A stretch of 64,000 nucleotides of DNA. Source: Dysgonomonas sp. Lineage in GTDB: Bacteria > Bacteroidota > Bacteroidia > Bacteroidales > Dysgonomonadaceae. How positions within the stretch are numbered: position 1 is the stretch's first letter; each line of letters begins with the position of its first letter. The notes under the pieces are model-generated. The model was given only the letters and a program-made list of their open reading frames with translations. It made no database searches and was not told the origin of the DNA. Location: NCBI GenBank assembly GCA_047605185.1, contig JASGGC010000012.1, positions 4,630 through 68,629 on the forward strand, written 5' to 3'. The position numbers and the translations under genes were made by a program. Shown here in pieces: positions 44,863 through 54,185 of this stretch.

Positions 44863-46914
44863 TTACTCATAAGACGGAGGAAAAGATGTTATTCGCAAAC
44901 GTGCCGTTCCCATCGGAACTAATGTTATATCCTCTATCGTATCTGCTTTTTTTACATCCTCATCGGGCAGTACTGCACATAAACCATATTGATCTATTAC
45001 CCACGATGGAATCTTACGTCCTTTTGCTTTGACAATGATTGGAGAATTGGCTTGAGTGAAAGGATAATCATCTTTAGGCCATTCCCGTTTTTCGACAATC
45101 ATGTCTGATAATGGATTTTTAGCATTGATAATCAATGCATAATTCCATGCACTTTTGGGATATATCTCGTAAGTAGGCCATTGGGATGGATCAGCATCCT
45201 TTTGCCATTTAGAATCCCAGATTGCACTCTCGCGGCTATCTACTTTTTTATACTCTTCATCAATGTTGAGCGACAGAGCAAGAGGACCATAGTTGATGCT
45301 TACACTATTTTTGTTGACTTGCCATACCTTCATGCTTAGTGCCATAGGATAAGTAACAGATACAACATCGCCATCGTTCCATTCTCGGTTGATACAAGCA
45401 TATTTTCCTGCAACCAGTTGAGTCGATATTTTTTTTCCATTAATCTCAATCTGTGCATTCTTAGTCCACGATGGGATGCGAAGGTAGAATGGAAATCTTA
45501 CACTCTTAGGAGTCTTTATTCCAAAACGTATTCCTTCTTCGAATGGATATTGAGTATCTTCGTTAACAGTTATTTCCGTTCCATCATCGCCTACTTTCAC
45601 CTTGCCCTCACATGCTCCATATATTGCTGCTGCAACACCATTGTCGGCAGTTGCCAATAGTAGATTTTCTATATAGTAAGGCCATCCTTGCGTATGGTTG
45701 TGCTGACAGCAACGGCTACTGAATGGATTCATAGAAAGGAATGGACCACCATTGTCTATGCCCGGTTTATGATCTTTCGAATCACTCATCACATGATTGG
45801 GACAAGTAATATAGCGTAGTGCCTTGAAATCGGGCATCACGGCAGCAGGGTAGGAGTTGAATGCAACCTCCTCGCAATGTTCAGCCCAAAGCGGGTCGCC
45901 CGTATAACGTAACAACATCTCGTCAGAAGCCATTTGTTCTACAAAACCGCACGTTTCGGTTCCTTGTCTTGGGTCGATATATCCCATGCGTGCATTTTCG
46001 TCAGCACCGAACATTCCACCCGATACTTGACCGAATGTGCGATGAATCAACTCTTGGTCATTATAAGTTGCTTTGAGGTGTGCTGAATCTTTCGTTAGCA
46101 TATAATAAGTTGCCGGTTCACGGAAACCTTGTGCTATATTCACATTATGCCAGTTAGGAAGCGATGAGTCCATCATCCAATTGGCAGTATTACGGTGTAT
46201 TTTATGAACCAGATCTAATAAAAACGAATCGCCTGTAATGTTGTAGAGCCAATATACACTATAAATGTTATCACCACCGCGGCTGTTTTCCCAATAGTCC
46301 TTCAGGAAATCTTCGTCAGGAACGGTCGTCTGCCATTTAAAATAGTTAGTCATCAGGTCTATCACTCGCCGATCGTTAGAATATTCGTAATAAGATTGCA
46401 AACACCATAACATAATCATATTTGCCCATAGCTCTTTCTTTCCATTCCGTTCATTTACAGGACCGAAATATCCATTTGGTTGCTGGCTTTTGAATACAGC
46501 CCCTATCCATGTCTTTGTTTCCTCCAGCATTTTAGAGTCTTCGAGAATATAGGCTATGTTCCCATACCCTTTGAGCCAATATGGTACTTCTTCCCAGCCG
46601 GCATCGCTACCTTCATTTAACCATGCATTGTTGCTTTTATCGAGCCATGCACTTATTTCACCCAAATGTCCGGTCAATCCGTTTTTCTGCAATTCGAGGT
46701 AGCGGTTTAGCCATCCCTTTGGTTTGACACTACCGACAGGTAATTTAATAAAGTGAGTAGGCAGTAAAGGTTGTCTATTACTTACATAATGTTTGTTCGT
46801 AGTCTCTACAGATGGTCTGTCAACAAGAGTTACTTTACTTTCAGAATCTGTTTTAGAAGAGCAGCCCATCAGTAAGCATCCTATGATGAGGGCATAAAAT
46901 GTGTTTTTCTTCAT
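44863..46914 (-). CDS. GH127/GH146-like (DUF1680-type) Cys-Zn glycosidase, beta-L-arabinofuranosidase-like lipoprotein
   Basis: 683 aa with lipobox LLMGCSS. GTETCGFVEQMASDEMLLRYTGD resembles the GH127 ETC...TGD region, and SSRCCQHNHTQGW resembles the GH127 CCPPN Zn/nucleophile motif. Family assignment is from memory. Confidence 0.6.
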   Translation of the reverse strand: MKKNTFYALIIGCLLMGCSSKTDSESKVTLVDRPSVETTNKHYVSNRQPLLPTHFIKLPVGSVKPKGWLNRYLELQKNGLTGHLGEISAWLDKSNNAWLNEGSDAGWEEVPYWLKGYGNIAYILEDSKMLEETKTWIGAVFKSQQPNGYFGPVNERNGKKELWANMIMLWCLQSYYEYSNDRRVIDLMTNYFKWQTTVPDEDFLKDYWENSRGGDNIYSVYWLYNITGDSFLLDLVHKIHRNTANWMMDSSLPNWHNVNIAQGFREPATYYMLTKDSAHLKATYNDQELIHRTFGQVSGGMFGADENARMGYIDPRQGTETCGFVEQMASDEMLLRYTGDPLWAEHCEEVAFNSYPAAVMPDFKALRYITCPNHVMSDSKDHKPGIDNGGPFLSMNPFSSRCCQHNHTQGWPYYIENLLLATADNGVAAAIYGACEGKVKVGDDGTEITVNEDTQYPFEEGIRFGIKTPKSVRFPFYLRIPSWTKNAQIEINGKKISTQLVAGKYACINREWNDGDVVSVTYPMALSMKVWQVNKNSVSINYGPLALSLNIDEEYKKVDSRESAIWDSKWQKDADPSQWPTYEIYPKSAWNYALIINAKNPLSDMIVEKREWPKDDYPFTQANSPIIVKAKGRKIPSWVIDQYGLCAVLPDEDVKKADTIEDITLVPMGTARLRITSFPPSYE

Positions 46915-46947
46915 TATTATAATTGATTAATACAGGTTAAATTTAAA

Positions 46948-46990
46948 AATATTGGCTCTTGTTTAAGTATATAAACAAGAAGCCAATATT
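46948..46990 (-). terminator. Terminator between the glutaminase-like gene and the GH127-like gene
   Basis: A stem of about 18 bp, aatattggctcttgttta / taaacaagaagccaatatt, with a one-nt bulge. On the minus strand TTTTTAAATTT follows. Confidence 0.7.
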
Positions 46991-47023
46991 AAACTTACAT
47001 ATTATTACCGAATCTGTACTTCC

Positions 47024-49528
47024 TTATTTTTCTAATTTGTCTTCCAACATTTTGATATAATATCCACCAACTACAGAGCGGGCTTTGAAACCTACGTGTG
47101 TTTTATTATCCGTATTGTACCAGTCAGACATTGGAACACGGTCAGTAGTCTCATTCATGAATTTATGTACAGGTGCCACAAATTTTTTAAATGTTTCTAT
47201 ATCATCCGTCAATGTCGCAGTCCATATGATCCAATCCGATTTAGTATAATTCATTCGGCTATCCAGTGGAAGCCCATATTCATTCTGTTTGGTCAGATAG
47301 TATGGGATTTCTTTCTCAACAATCGTATTTGGGAATATTCCGAATTTAAGCAACTTGTCCCATATCAGATTATACTTCTGACTCCATGTGCCCGGTTGGT
47401 CGAAAGTCAAACGGTAGTGATCTCCATCATCAGCCATCTTCACCCACTCCTGAGCCATTTCTTTTGCTTTGTTTGTATACTTTTCGGCAATCTCTTTTTT
47501 ACCTAGCATTTCTGCCAAATGTCCGTACGATGCTATCCCCATAATTGCTTTTATAGACAAGTTGGTATTGTGCGCAAAGTGTCCGGCAAAGTCGTCCGTA
47601 CAGAGTTGGTTTTCAGGATCTAATCCTTTTTCTACCAGATAGTCAGTCCATGTAGTCAATACGTCCCAATGCTTTTCTGCATATTTTGCATTGCCTTCCA
47701 CTACGGCAATGGCTGCCGTAAGAGCTAGCATATTCCCAGCCTCTTCTACTGGCATATCACCACCATAAGTTTGTCCATTTGCCAAAGGATACGTACCCAC
47801 ATCGTGTGCAGGGAATGGTTTTACCCATTTGCCGCTTTCGCTGTAATAGAATATATGGTTTAGCAGACCTTTAGCCAGTTCCGGATTGTAATATAAGAAC
47901 AATGGTGCAGAAGGGTAGGTAACATCTACTGTTCCGATAGAACCATTACTATTATTTTCTTTCGATAAGAATAGCAGGTCTCCATTAGGAGCTTCGACCA
48001 GCTTGTGTGCCGATATTGCTTGGCGATATGCCAAAGCGCATAGTTCGGCATATTCTTTACCTCCTGCTTCGGCAGCTTTTACCATCAGGTTATAATCGAA
48101 TTGATTACATTTTTCAATAAGGCTATCATATTCTTTGTTAGCTTCCGCAAATGCTTGTTCTATTGTTTTGTCACCTTTCTTATTCCAATAAGGGCGAAGG
48201 TTTTCACCAAAATATTGAATCGAATAAATATCATCGTACCCGATCAAAATTTTACCCGATGCCGATTTGGTATTTCCCAGCGATTGAGCAATAGCCAGAT
48301 TTGCTTTGTCTTTCGATGCAACATCACCCGACAAAGAACCTTTGTCAGCAAATGCATTTCTCATGTCAAAACCATTGCCAACGGCATAAGTTGCATTTGC
48401 CTTTTCACTCGATAGATAAAAATACCCCCAATCGATGCGCAAGTCGTCACCACGTTTTCCAAGAATGTTTTGTTCCACGCTTCCTGTTTTTACAAATAGA
48501 AGATCGTCTTTTTCATACCCTTCGCTTTTGCTTGTTTGCGATGGAACATTCAGAGCCCAATTAGGTGAAGCTTCGAAATATATTTCTACATCATGCTTGC
48601 TGCCATCCAGAGATGTAACATCGTACGAAATATAGTTGACAGGGCGTGATACCAGATTCAAATCGTCCATGAATAATGGAGCTGTGAAAGTAAGGTTCAA
48701 TTGAACACTGCCACATTCGAAAATATAACGTGTTTGTGTTGCTTGAACGTCTGCCGATTTCTGAACTGCTGCTATCTGGAACGATTGTTTTATATCCTCT
48801 TCTGTATAGATACCAAAGTCTACGAGTGCACCTCCGGTCTTATTGTTGCAATGTGCGGCAATAACGATATTACCGTCTTTGATAGCATTTGCAATATCGT
48901 CCGACAAAGGTAATATTACATTCTTGTGCCATTCGTAACCCGTTTTTACAACTTGCTTACCATTGATATACAGTTCGAAAGTATCGTCGTGCGAATATTG
49001 CAAATATAGCTTCTTGCCTGATATAGTATTCGGGTCGAGCTTTATTGCTCTGCGAACCCATATGTCGGGAGTGTTCCATACAGTTTTCACATTGGTTTCA
49101 TCTTCGGTGCCGAAAGCGGCTTCTGAACTTTTCCAACTATTATCGTCAAAGCTATTACTTTCCCATCCGTTTGCCGGTTTGGTATTTGTGTATTTAGCAG
49201 TCCATGTCTCGTCGGTCGACATGGCTGCTAATGCTTTTAGTGGAGTTTTCTCTACTCCCATAAAGCGGAATACTTGTCCGTCTACCCGTATAGCACCTAC
49301 TAGAGGGAATTCTTTGCCTGTCCAATGTTGTACCTGATTGTCGTACAGATTGTCTGCTGCCGACCATGCACTTGTATACGGATCTATTGTAACCAATGGA
49401 TATGCCGGTGCACGCAGTTCATTCTTTATGATGTTTGCTTCTTTCTTGGCTGGCTGTTGGCTACAACTGAAAAGAGTAACCATACCGATTCCTAAGCAGG
49501 ATAGTAAATATAAGTGTTTCTTTTTCAC
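47024..49528 (-). CDS. Glutaminase-A-like putative glycoside hydrolase (DUF4964/DUF5127/DUF4965/DUF1793 architecture) lipoprotein
   Basis: 834 aa. The start codon is GTG (cac at 49526-49528), giving MKKKHLYLLSCLGIGMVTLFSC with a lipobox. The N-terminal APAYPLVTIDPYTSAWS is typical of this family as I remember it. An extra galactose-binding-like insert is present (WTAKYTNTKPANGWESNSFDDNSW). Confidence 0.55.
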   Translation of the reverse strand: MKKKHLYLLSCLGIGMVTLFSCSQQPAKKEANIIKNELRAPAYPLVTIDPYTSAWSAADNLYDNQVQHWTGKEFPLVGAIRVDGQVFRFMGVEKTPLKALAAMSTDETWTAKYTNTKPANGWESNSFDDNSWKSSEAAFGTEDETNVKTVWNTPDIWVRRAIKLDPNTISGKKLYLQYSHDDTFELYINGKQVVKTGYEWHKNVILPLSDDIANAIKDGNIVIAAHCNNKTGGALVDFGIYTEEDIKQSFQIAAVQKSADVQATQTRYIFECGSVQLNLTFTAPLFMDDLNLVSRPVNYISYDVTSLDGSKHDVEIYFEASPNWALNVPSQTSKSEGYEKDDLLFVKTGSVEQNILGKRGDDLRIDWGYFYLSSEKANATYAVGNGFDMRNAFADKGSLSGDVASKDKANLAIAQSLGNTKSASGKILIGYDDIYSIQYFGENLRPYWNKKGDKTIEQAFAEANKEYDSLIEKCNQFDYNLMVKAAEAGGKEYAELCALAYRQAISAHKLVEAPNGDLLFLSKENNSNGSIGTVDVTYPSAPLFLYYNPELAKGLLNHIFYYSESGKWVKPFPAHDVGTYPLANGQTYGGDMPVEEAGNMLALTAAIAVVEGNAKYAEKHWDVLTTWTDYLVEKGLDPENQLCTDDFAGHFAHNTNLSIKAIMGIASYGHLAEMLGKKEIAEKYTNKAKEMAQEWVKMADDGDHYRLTFDQPGTWSQKYNLIWDKLLKFGIFPNTIVEKEIPYYLTKQNEYGLPLDSRMNYTKSDWIIWTATLTDDIETFKKFVAPVHKFMNETTDRVPMSDWYNTDNKTHVGFKARSVVGGYYIKMLEDKLEK

Positions 49529-49544
49529 GTTTTTCTAATTAGAT

Positions 49545-51353
49545 TTATTTGTTCAGAGAATTACAAATTTCTTGGTTTATGGATTTCACTCTAGACTCTT
49601 CTACTTTTATAACTTTTCGGTCATAAGTCATAAGTCCGTTTACTTCACCTTCCACATCGGTGGTCTGTGTGTATACAGCTGCACTAAACCCTCTTTGGAT
49701 AAATCCTTTCAGTTCTTGAGCATATTTTACATACTCGTCGGTTACTTCTTTGGCATTCTTGAACTGAACATAACCCCAGTTTTTGTCTGCTTGCCACAAG
49801 TGATTTTCTAGAGGTAAACCAATGCCTCCATACTCGCCCAGTACATTTACACGTTTGGCATCGAACAGATACATAGCTGGTCCCGGATAGTTATGCAGGT
49901 CGGTAATGTCGCCCGTATAGTAGAAATTACCACCACTGGCTGGGTTAACAAGGCGTGAAGGATCGTGACTTTTTGTCCATTCTGCAATTTCGGCTGTCTT
50001 AAATTGCCCCCATGCTTCATTGAATGGAACCCATACTACGATGGATGGGTACGAAACCAGATAGTCCATTATTTCTCTCCATTCTTTACGGTAGTTGTTT
50101 TCCGATTCTATGCTGCGTTGCAATTCTTTGCCATCAAAATATTTTTGATTTTGCCATTGTGGCGATTTGTCGCCATTCGGCATATCCTGCCATACCAAAA
50201 TTCCTAAACGATCGCAATGAGTATACCAGCGTGCAGGTTCTACTTTCACGTGTTTACGGATCATGTTGAATCCGAAATCTTTTGTTTTTTTGATGTCATA
50301 CACTAATGCTTCATCGGTTGGAGCTGTGTATAATCCATCAGGCCACCATCCTTGGTCGAGCGGACCAAATTGGAAGTAATCTTTGTTATTCAGTTGCATG
50401 CGTAAGATTCCCATTGCATCTTTTGCCATAGATACTTTGCGCATAGCTGCATAGCTTTTTACTTTATCGAGCAGTTTTGATCCTTCGTATAGTTCTATTT
50501 CTACATTGTAAAGAAAAGGTGATTCGGGAGACCAAAGTTTGATGTCAGCCAATGCAATATCGACACTTTGTCCTGCTACCGCTTTGCTGGTTGCCACTGT
50601 TTTGCTGCCATCCAATACTGTTACCTTAACTATATTAGTTGCATTTGTGTTTTGAGTACATACATTGAATGATAACTGTTTAGTATCAATGTTTGGTATT
50701 GTTTTGATATCAGAAATATATTTTTTCGAAACAGGTTCTAACCAAACTGTTTGCCAGATGCCCGATACGGGCGTGTACCAGATTCCTTCGGGTCTGGCAT
50801 GTTGTTTACCTACAGGTTGATAGCCTTCGGTTGTCGGATCCCATACTTTGACAACAAGTTTTTGATTTCCTGCTGTGAGGTAGGGAGTAATATCGAATGA
50901 AAATGGAGTATATCCTCCTGTATGTGAGCCTATCTTGATGTCATTGAGGTAGATCTCGGCTTTCCAGTCCACAGCTCCGAAATGAAGTAATACTGATTTA
51001 TCTTTCCAAGAAGATGGTACTGTAAATGTACGTTTGTACCATAACTCTTTGTCTTTGTTCAGTTCTTTCTGAACACCCGACAAACTGGATTCGACAGCGA
51101 ATGGAACTAGTATTTTTCCATCAAAACTTTGTGGCTCTTTTTCGCCTACCGGAAGTATGGAATATTCCCATAATCCATTCAGGTTAGTCCAGTCTGACCG
51201 TTCCATAATCGGACGGGGATATTCTGGCAATACGTTGTTGGGGTCAATTGTTTCAGCCCACTTTGTTTTGATTTTGTCGCCCGCGGGTTTCCACTGTGCG
51301 AAAAGAGATGTACCGGATAGTACAAATGCTAATAGTAACAGTTTTTTTTTCAT
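49545..51353 (-). CDS. Glycoside hydrolase family 2
   Basis: 602 aa with a signal peptide. It has a GH2 sugar-binding N-terminus, an acid/base region VPFNEAWGQ and a nucleophile region VLGEYGGIG. Confidence 0.8.
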   Translation of the reverse strand: MKKKLLLLAFVLSGTSLFAQWKPAGDKIKTKWAETIDPNNVLPEYPRPIMERSDWTNLNGLWEYSILPVGEKEPQSFDGKILVPFAVESSLSGVQKELNKDKELWYKRTFTVPSSWKDKSVLLHFGAVDWKAEIYLNDIKIGSHTGGYTPFSFDITPYLTAGNQKLVVKVWDPTTEGYQPVGKQHARPEGIWYTPVSGIWQTVWLEPVSKKYISDIKTIPNIDTKQLSFNVCTQNTNATNIVKVTVLDGSKTVATSKAVAGQSVDIALADIKLWSPESPFLYNVEIELYEGSKLLDKVKSYAAMRKVSMAKDAMGILRMQLNNKDYFQFGPLDQGWWPDGLYTAPTDEALVYDIKKTKDFGFNMIRKHVKVEPARWYTHCDRLGILVWQDMPNGDKSPQWQNQKYFDGKELQRSIESENNYRKEWREIMDYLVSYPSIVVWVPFNEAWGQFKTAEIAEWTKSHDPSRLVNPASGGNFYYTGDITDLHNYPGPAMYLFDAKRVNVLGEYGGIGLPLENHLWQADKNWGYVQFKNAKEVTDEYVKYAQELKGFIQRGFSAAVYTQTTDVEGEVNGLMTYDRKVIKVEESRVKSINQEICNSLNK

Positions 51354-51519
51354 TAAATTAATATGTTTTTATGGTTCTGATTCTTTAGTAATTCGCTAGA
51401 TAGATATCAAAAGGTTTTACCGTTGTCTTTTACAGATAGTTTATATTTCTAATCGTACAATCTGTATTGATAAATATGCATTTGGTAAGGAATAATGCCA
51501 TTGGGCATTGGAATAACCC

Positions 51520-51553
51520 AGTTCTTGCCCCCTGGTTTATGAGGGCAGGAACT
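51520..51553 (-). other. Stem-loop between the DUF3823 gene and the GH2 gene
   Basis: agttcttgccc pairs with gggcaggaact (11 bp with one G-U and a 12-nt loop). No clear T-run follows on the minus strand. Confidence 0.3.
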
Positions 51554-51604
51554 AAGATCATAAATATAAGACATTTATTTCTCATATTTAGAAAGGATTA
51601 TGCA

Positions 51605-52273
51605 TTATTTGACTTTTATTGAACCTGCCGTATATAGCATCTGATCAACATCTGTTATTTTGACTCCTATGCGCGCGTATAAGACCGGATTGGACAGAGT
51701 ACTAAGATCCATTGTGATTGTATTAGTGCCCACAGTTGGCGAGGTTGCATCCGTACTTTTTACTTTGAAACTGCTATCGACAAATCTGGTACTATTTACA
51801 TACAATGTGATGCGTTCTATTGATTTTCCGGCTGTCACTTCATCGATGTCGAATGTAACAGTCAGCGTCTTGCCATTTACATTGAAATTTTCGTTTTTCA
51901 ATATATAGTATGGGTTGACAATATATTCGACACTTGTATTGCCTTTTACATTGATAACGACTGTATCTCTTTTGTTTACCCATGGTCCGTTATTGTCACG
52001 CGTTACAAGTTTGTATGTGCCATCAAACAGCTTCGCGGCAAATGTACCATCTTGGTTTACATAGACAGCTATTGGGGTATATAGTTCGTAGCCATCTTGC
52101 CAGAGCTGAACCTGAACTGCTCCCTCTGTTTCTCTGACACCAATGGCTTCTTTCGCCCCGGCAGAAATAATTCTTCCGGTCAGGTTGCTTTGGGGTTCGT
52201 CATAGTTGTCTTTTTCGCAACTGACTAGTATGAGCAAAAGGAAACTGATTGTTCCTAAGATATATTTTTTCAT
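51605..52273 (-). CDS. DUF3823-like PUL lipoprotein
   Basis: I trimmed the start to ATG 52273 (MKKYILGTISFLLLILVSC, lipobox followed by EKDNYDE). The transthyretin-like segment is LTGRII...DGTFAAKLFDGTYKLV. It lies directly downstream of SusD. Confidence 0.7.
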   Translation of the reverse strand: MKKYILGTISFLLLILVSCEKDNYDEPQSNLTGRIISAGAKEAIGVRETEGAVQVQLWQDGYELYTPIAVYVNQDGTFAAKLFDGTYKLVTRDNNGPWVNKRDTVVINVKGNTSVEYIVNPYYILKNENFNVNGKTLTVTFDIDEVTAGKSIERITLYVNSTRFVDSSFKVKSTDATSPTVGTNTITMDLSTLSNPVLYARIGVKITDVDQMLYTAGSIKVK

Positions 52274-52317
52274 ATTTGAATATACTTTTTTGTTTATAAT
52301 CAAGATATTTATTTCAA

Positions 52318-54180
52318 TTATTGGAATGGATTCTTAACCAATTTAGGATTCTTGTTTAGCCAGTCCTGATCGAAGAAGTTGTAATAATTCCGCATTTGGA
52401 AATAGCGCGGATATCTGGTTGTGTATGTTTTCACTTTTTCGAATACCCATTTGCCATTTTGAGGATGTCCCGGCTGATTAATTTTGTAAGGATATAGTGA
52501 ATAATACATAGCGGAATCACTATTAGCATCGTCGTTCCACAGTATATGTGCTTTTCTCCATCTTTTCAGATCCCAGTATCTATGATTTTCATACACAAAT
52601 TCGACACGGTTTTCATTGATAATGTCATCTAGTGTAACTGTCGATAAATTTTGTATTCCGGCTCTGGCTCTGATTTGGTTGATATATCCGCAAACTTCGG
52701 TTTGGGCTTTGTTCAATTCCAACGACGCTTCTGCAGCTATTAATAAAGTTTCCGCATAACGGAATCTTGTGAACCAGACATCACTGCCCCGTCCTCGTGT
52801 AGAAGCATCTTTGTTTTCGTCTATAAACTTGCGAATATTAAATCCGGTTTTTGATATATATTCCTGATCTCCGCTTACAGGTCCATTCTGGTCTGTCAAT
52901 AAGCCATATGTAGGATTTACAACTCCCGGGTTACCGATTCGGTTGTTCCATTGTCCGCTTTCCCAATACTTTTGTCCTGCTTGGTAAGACATATATGTGC
53001 TTCTGAACTCTGATCCGGGTGTAATTATAGAACCATACAGACGGGCATCTTTATTGGCAAACAGGTCTTCTGGTTTGTTGTAATAGATATATTCGCCAGA
53101 TGAATCCTTAATTTTAAGTTTACCGTCCCTACTATTTTTGTACTCGAAGGATTCTACAATATTTAATATTGGTGTTATCCTATTAGCATCCACATCTCCT
53201 TTGACGGAATAAGCAATGTTGGCATTTGTAAATCCATTCGTTTTTCCGGGTGATATATAATCTAGTGCCCAAATAACTTCAGTATTACCTTCTTTGGTCA
53301 TAAATAGCTCATAAAAGTTACGGCCTGCATCATTCGTATTTTTGCGGTATAGGGAATATTTACCGCCGGTGATGATTGCATTTGCTGCATCATAAGCTTG
53401 CTGATAGTATTTGTTGGCATCACTGGCCGGTATACCTACTTCGCCATTTGGTAGCCGAAGGGCTGGATCTGTTGTATATTTTGCAATTGACCCGGCATAG
53501 ATTGCAGCCCGAGCTTTTAGAGAAAGGGCAACCCATTTGTTGGCTCTTGCAGCATGTACATTCTTGTCGGGCGAGTTTGCATCTACATCCTCAAGTAGGG
53601 ATGCGGCGGCAGTACATTCCGAAATAATATAGTCGTAGGTGGCTGCTTCGGTAGAACGTGCTATCTGCAAAGTGAGAACATCTGTGTTTGATTCGTAACC
53701 ATATACTTCATCGTAAACGATGGGTAACCCCCCTAATCCCTTTGCCATATTGAAATATGTCCATGCCCGAAGGAAACGTGCTTCACCTTCGAATTGTTTT
53801 TTCTTATTTTCGGTCAGGTCTATATTTTTGTTTGCAGCATCAGAGCGTAATCCTCTGATGAAAACATTTATGTCTCGGACTAGGGTATAATCATATACAC
53901 GCCACCAATCGTCGGCATATGTCCGATAGTCTCTGATTCCTCCGCTCGAAAAAGCTGCTTCGTCAGTGTAGGCATGTCCATCTGTGTCGTCCAGACTTGG
54001 TCCCCAGTTGACCCGTCCATAATAGTTAGCCAATACAGAATTGATCATGTTGATGTCAGAAAATACCTGATCATCCGTAAAAATACTATTTGGATCTTCC
54101 TCTAAGAAGTTGGAACAGCTATATAGTCCACTTATTCCAGCGATGAGGATACCTATTATATATAATTTTATAGTTTTCAT
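52318..54180 (-). CDS. SusD/RagB-family outer-membrane lipoprotein
   Basis: 620 aa with lipobox GLYSC. SusD-like segments are FLRAWTYFNMAKGLGGLPIV and RYAETLLIAAEA. Confidence 0.9.
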   Translation of the reverse strand: MKTIKLYIIGILIAGISGLYSCSNFLEEDPNSIFTDDQVFSDINMINSVLANYYGRVNWGPSLDDTDGHAYTDEAAFSSGGIRDYRTYADDWWRVYDYTLVRDINVFIRGLRSDAANKNIDLTENKKKQFEGEARFLRAWTYFNMAKGLGGLPIVYDEVYGYESNTDVLTLQIARSTEAATYDYIISECTAAASLLEDVDANSPDKNVHAARANKWVALSLKARAAIYAGSIAKYTTDPALRLPNGEVGIPASDANKYYQQAYDAANAIITGGKYSLYRKNTNDAGRNFYELFMTKEGNTEVIWALDYISPGKTNGFTNANIAYSVKGDVDANRITPILNIVESFEYKNSRDGKLKIKDSSGEYIYYNKPEDLFANKDARLYGSIITPGSEFRSTYMSYQAGQKYWESGQWNNRIGNPGVVNPTYGLLTDQNGPVSGDQEYISKTGFNIRKFIDENKDASTRGRGSDVWFTRFRYAETLLIAAEASLELNKAQTEVCGYINQIRARAGIQNLSTVTLDDIINENRVEFVYENHRYWDLKRWRKAHILWNDDANSDSAMYYSLYPYKINQPGHPQNGKWVFEKVKTYTTRYPRYFQMRNYYNFFDQDWLNKNPKLVKNPFQ

Positions 54181-54185
54181 ATTAT

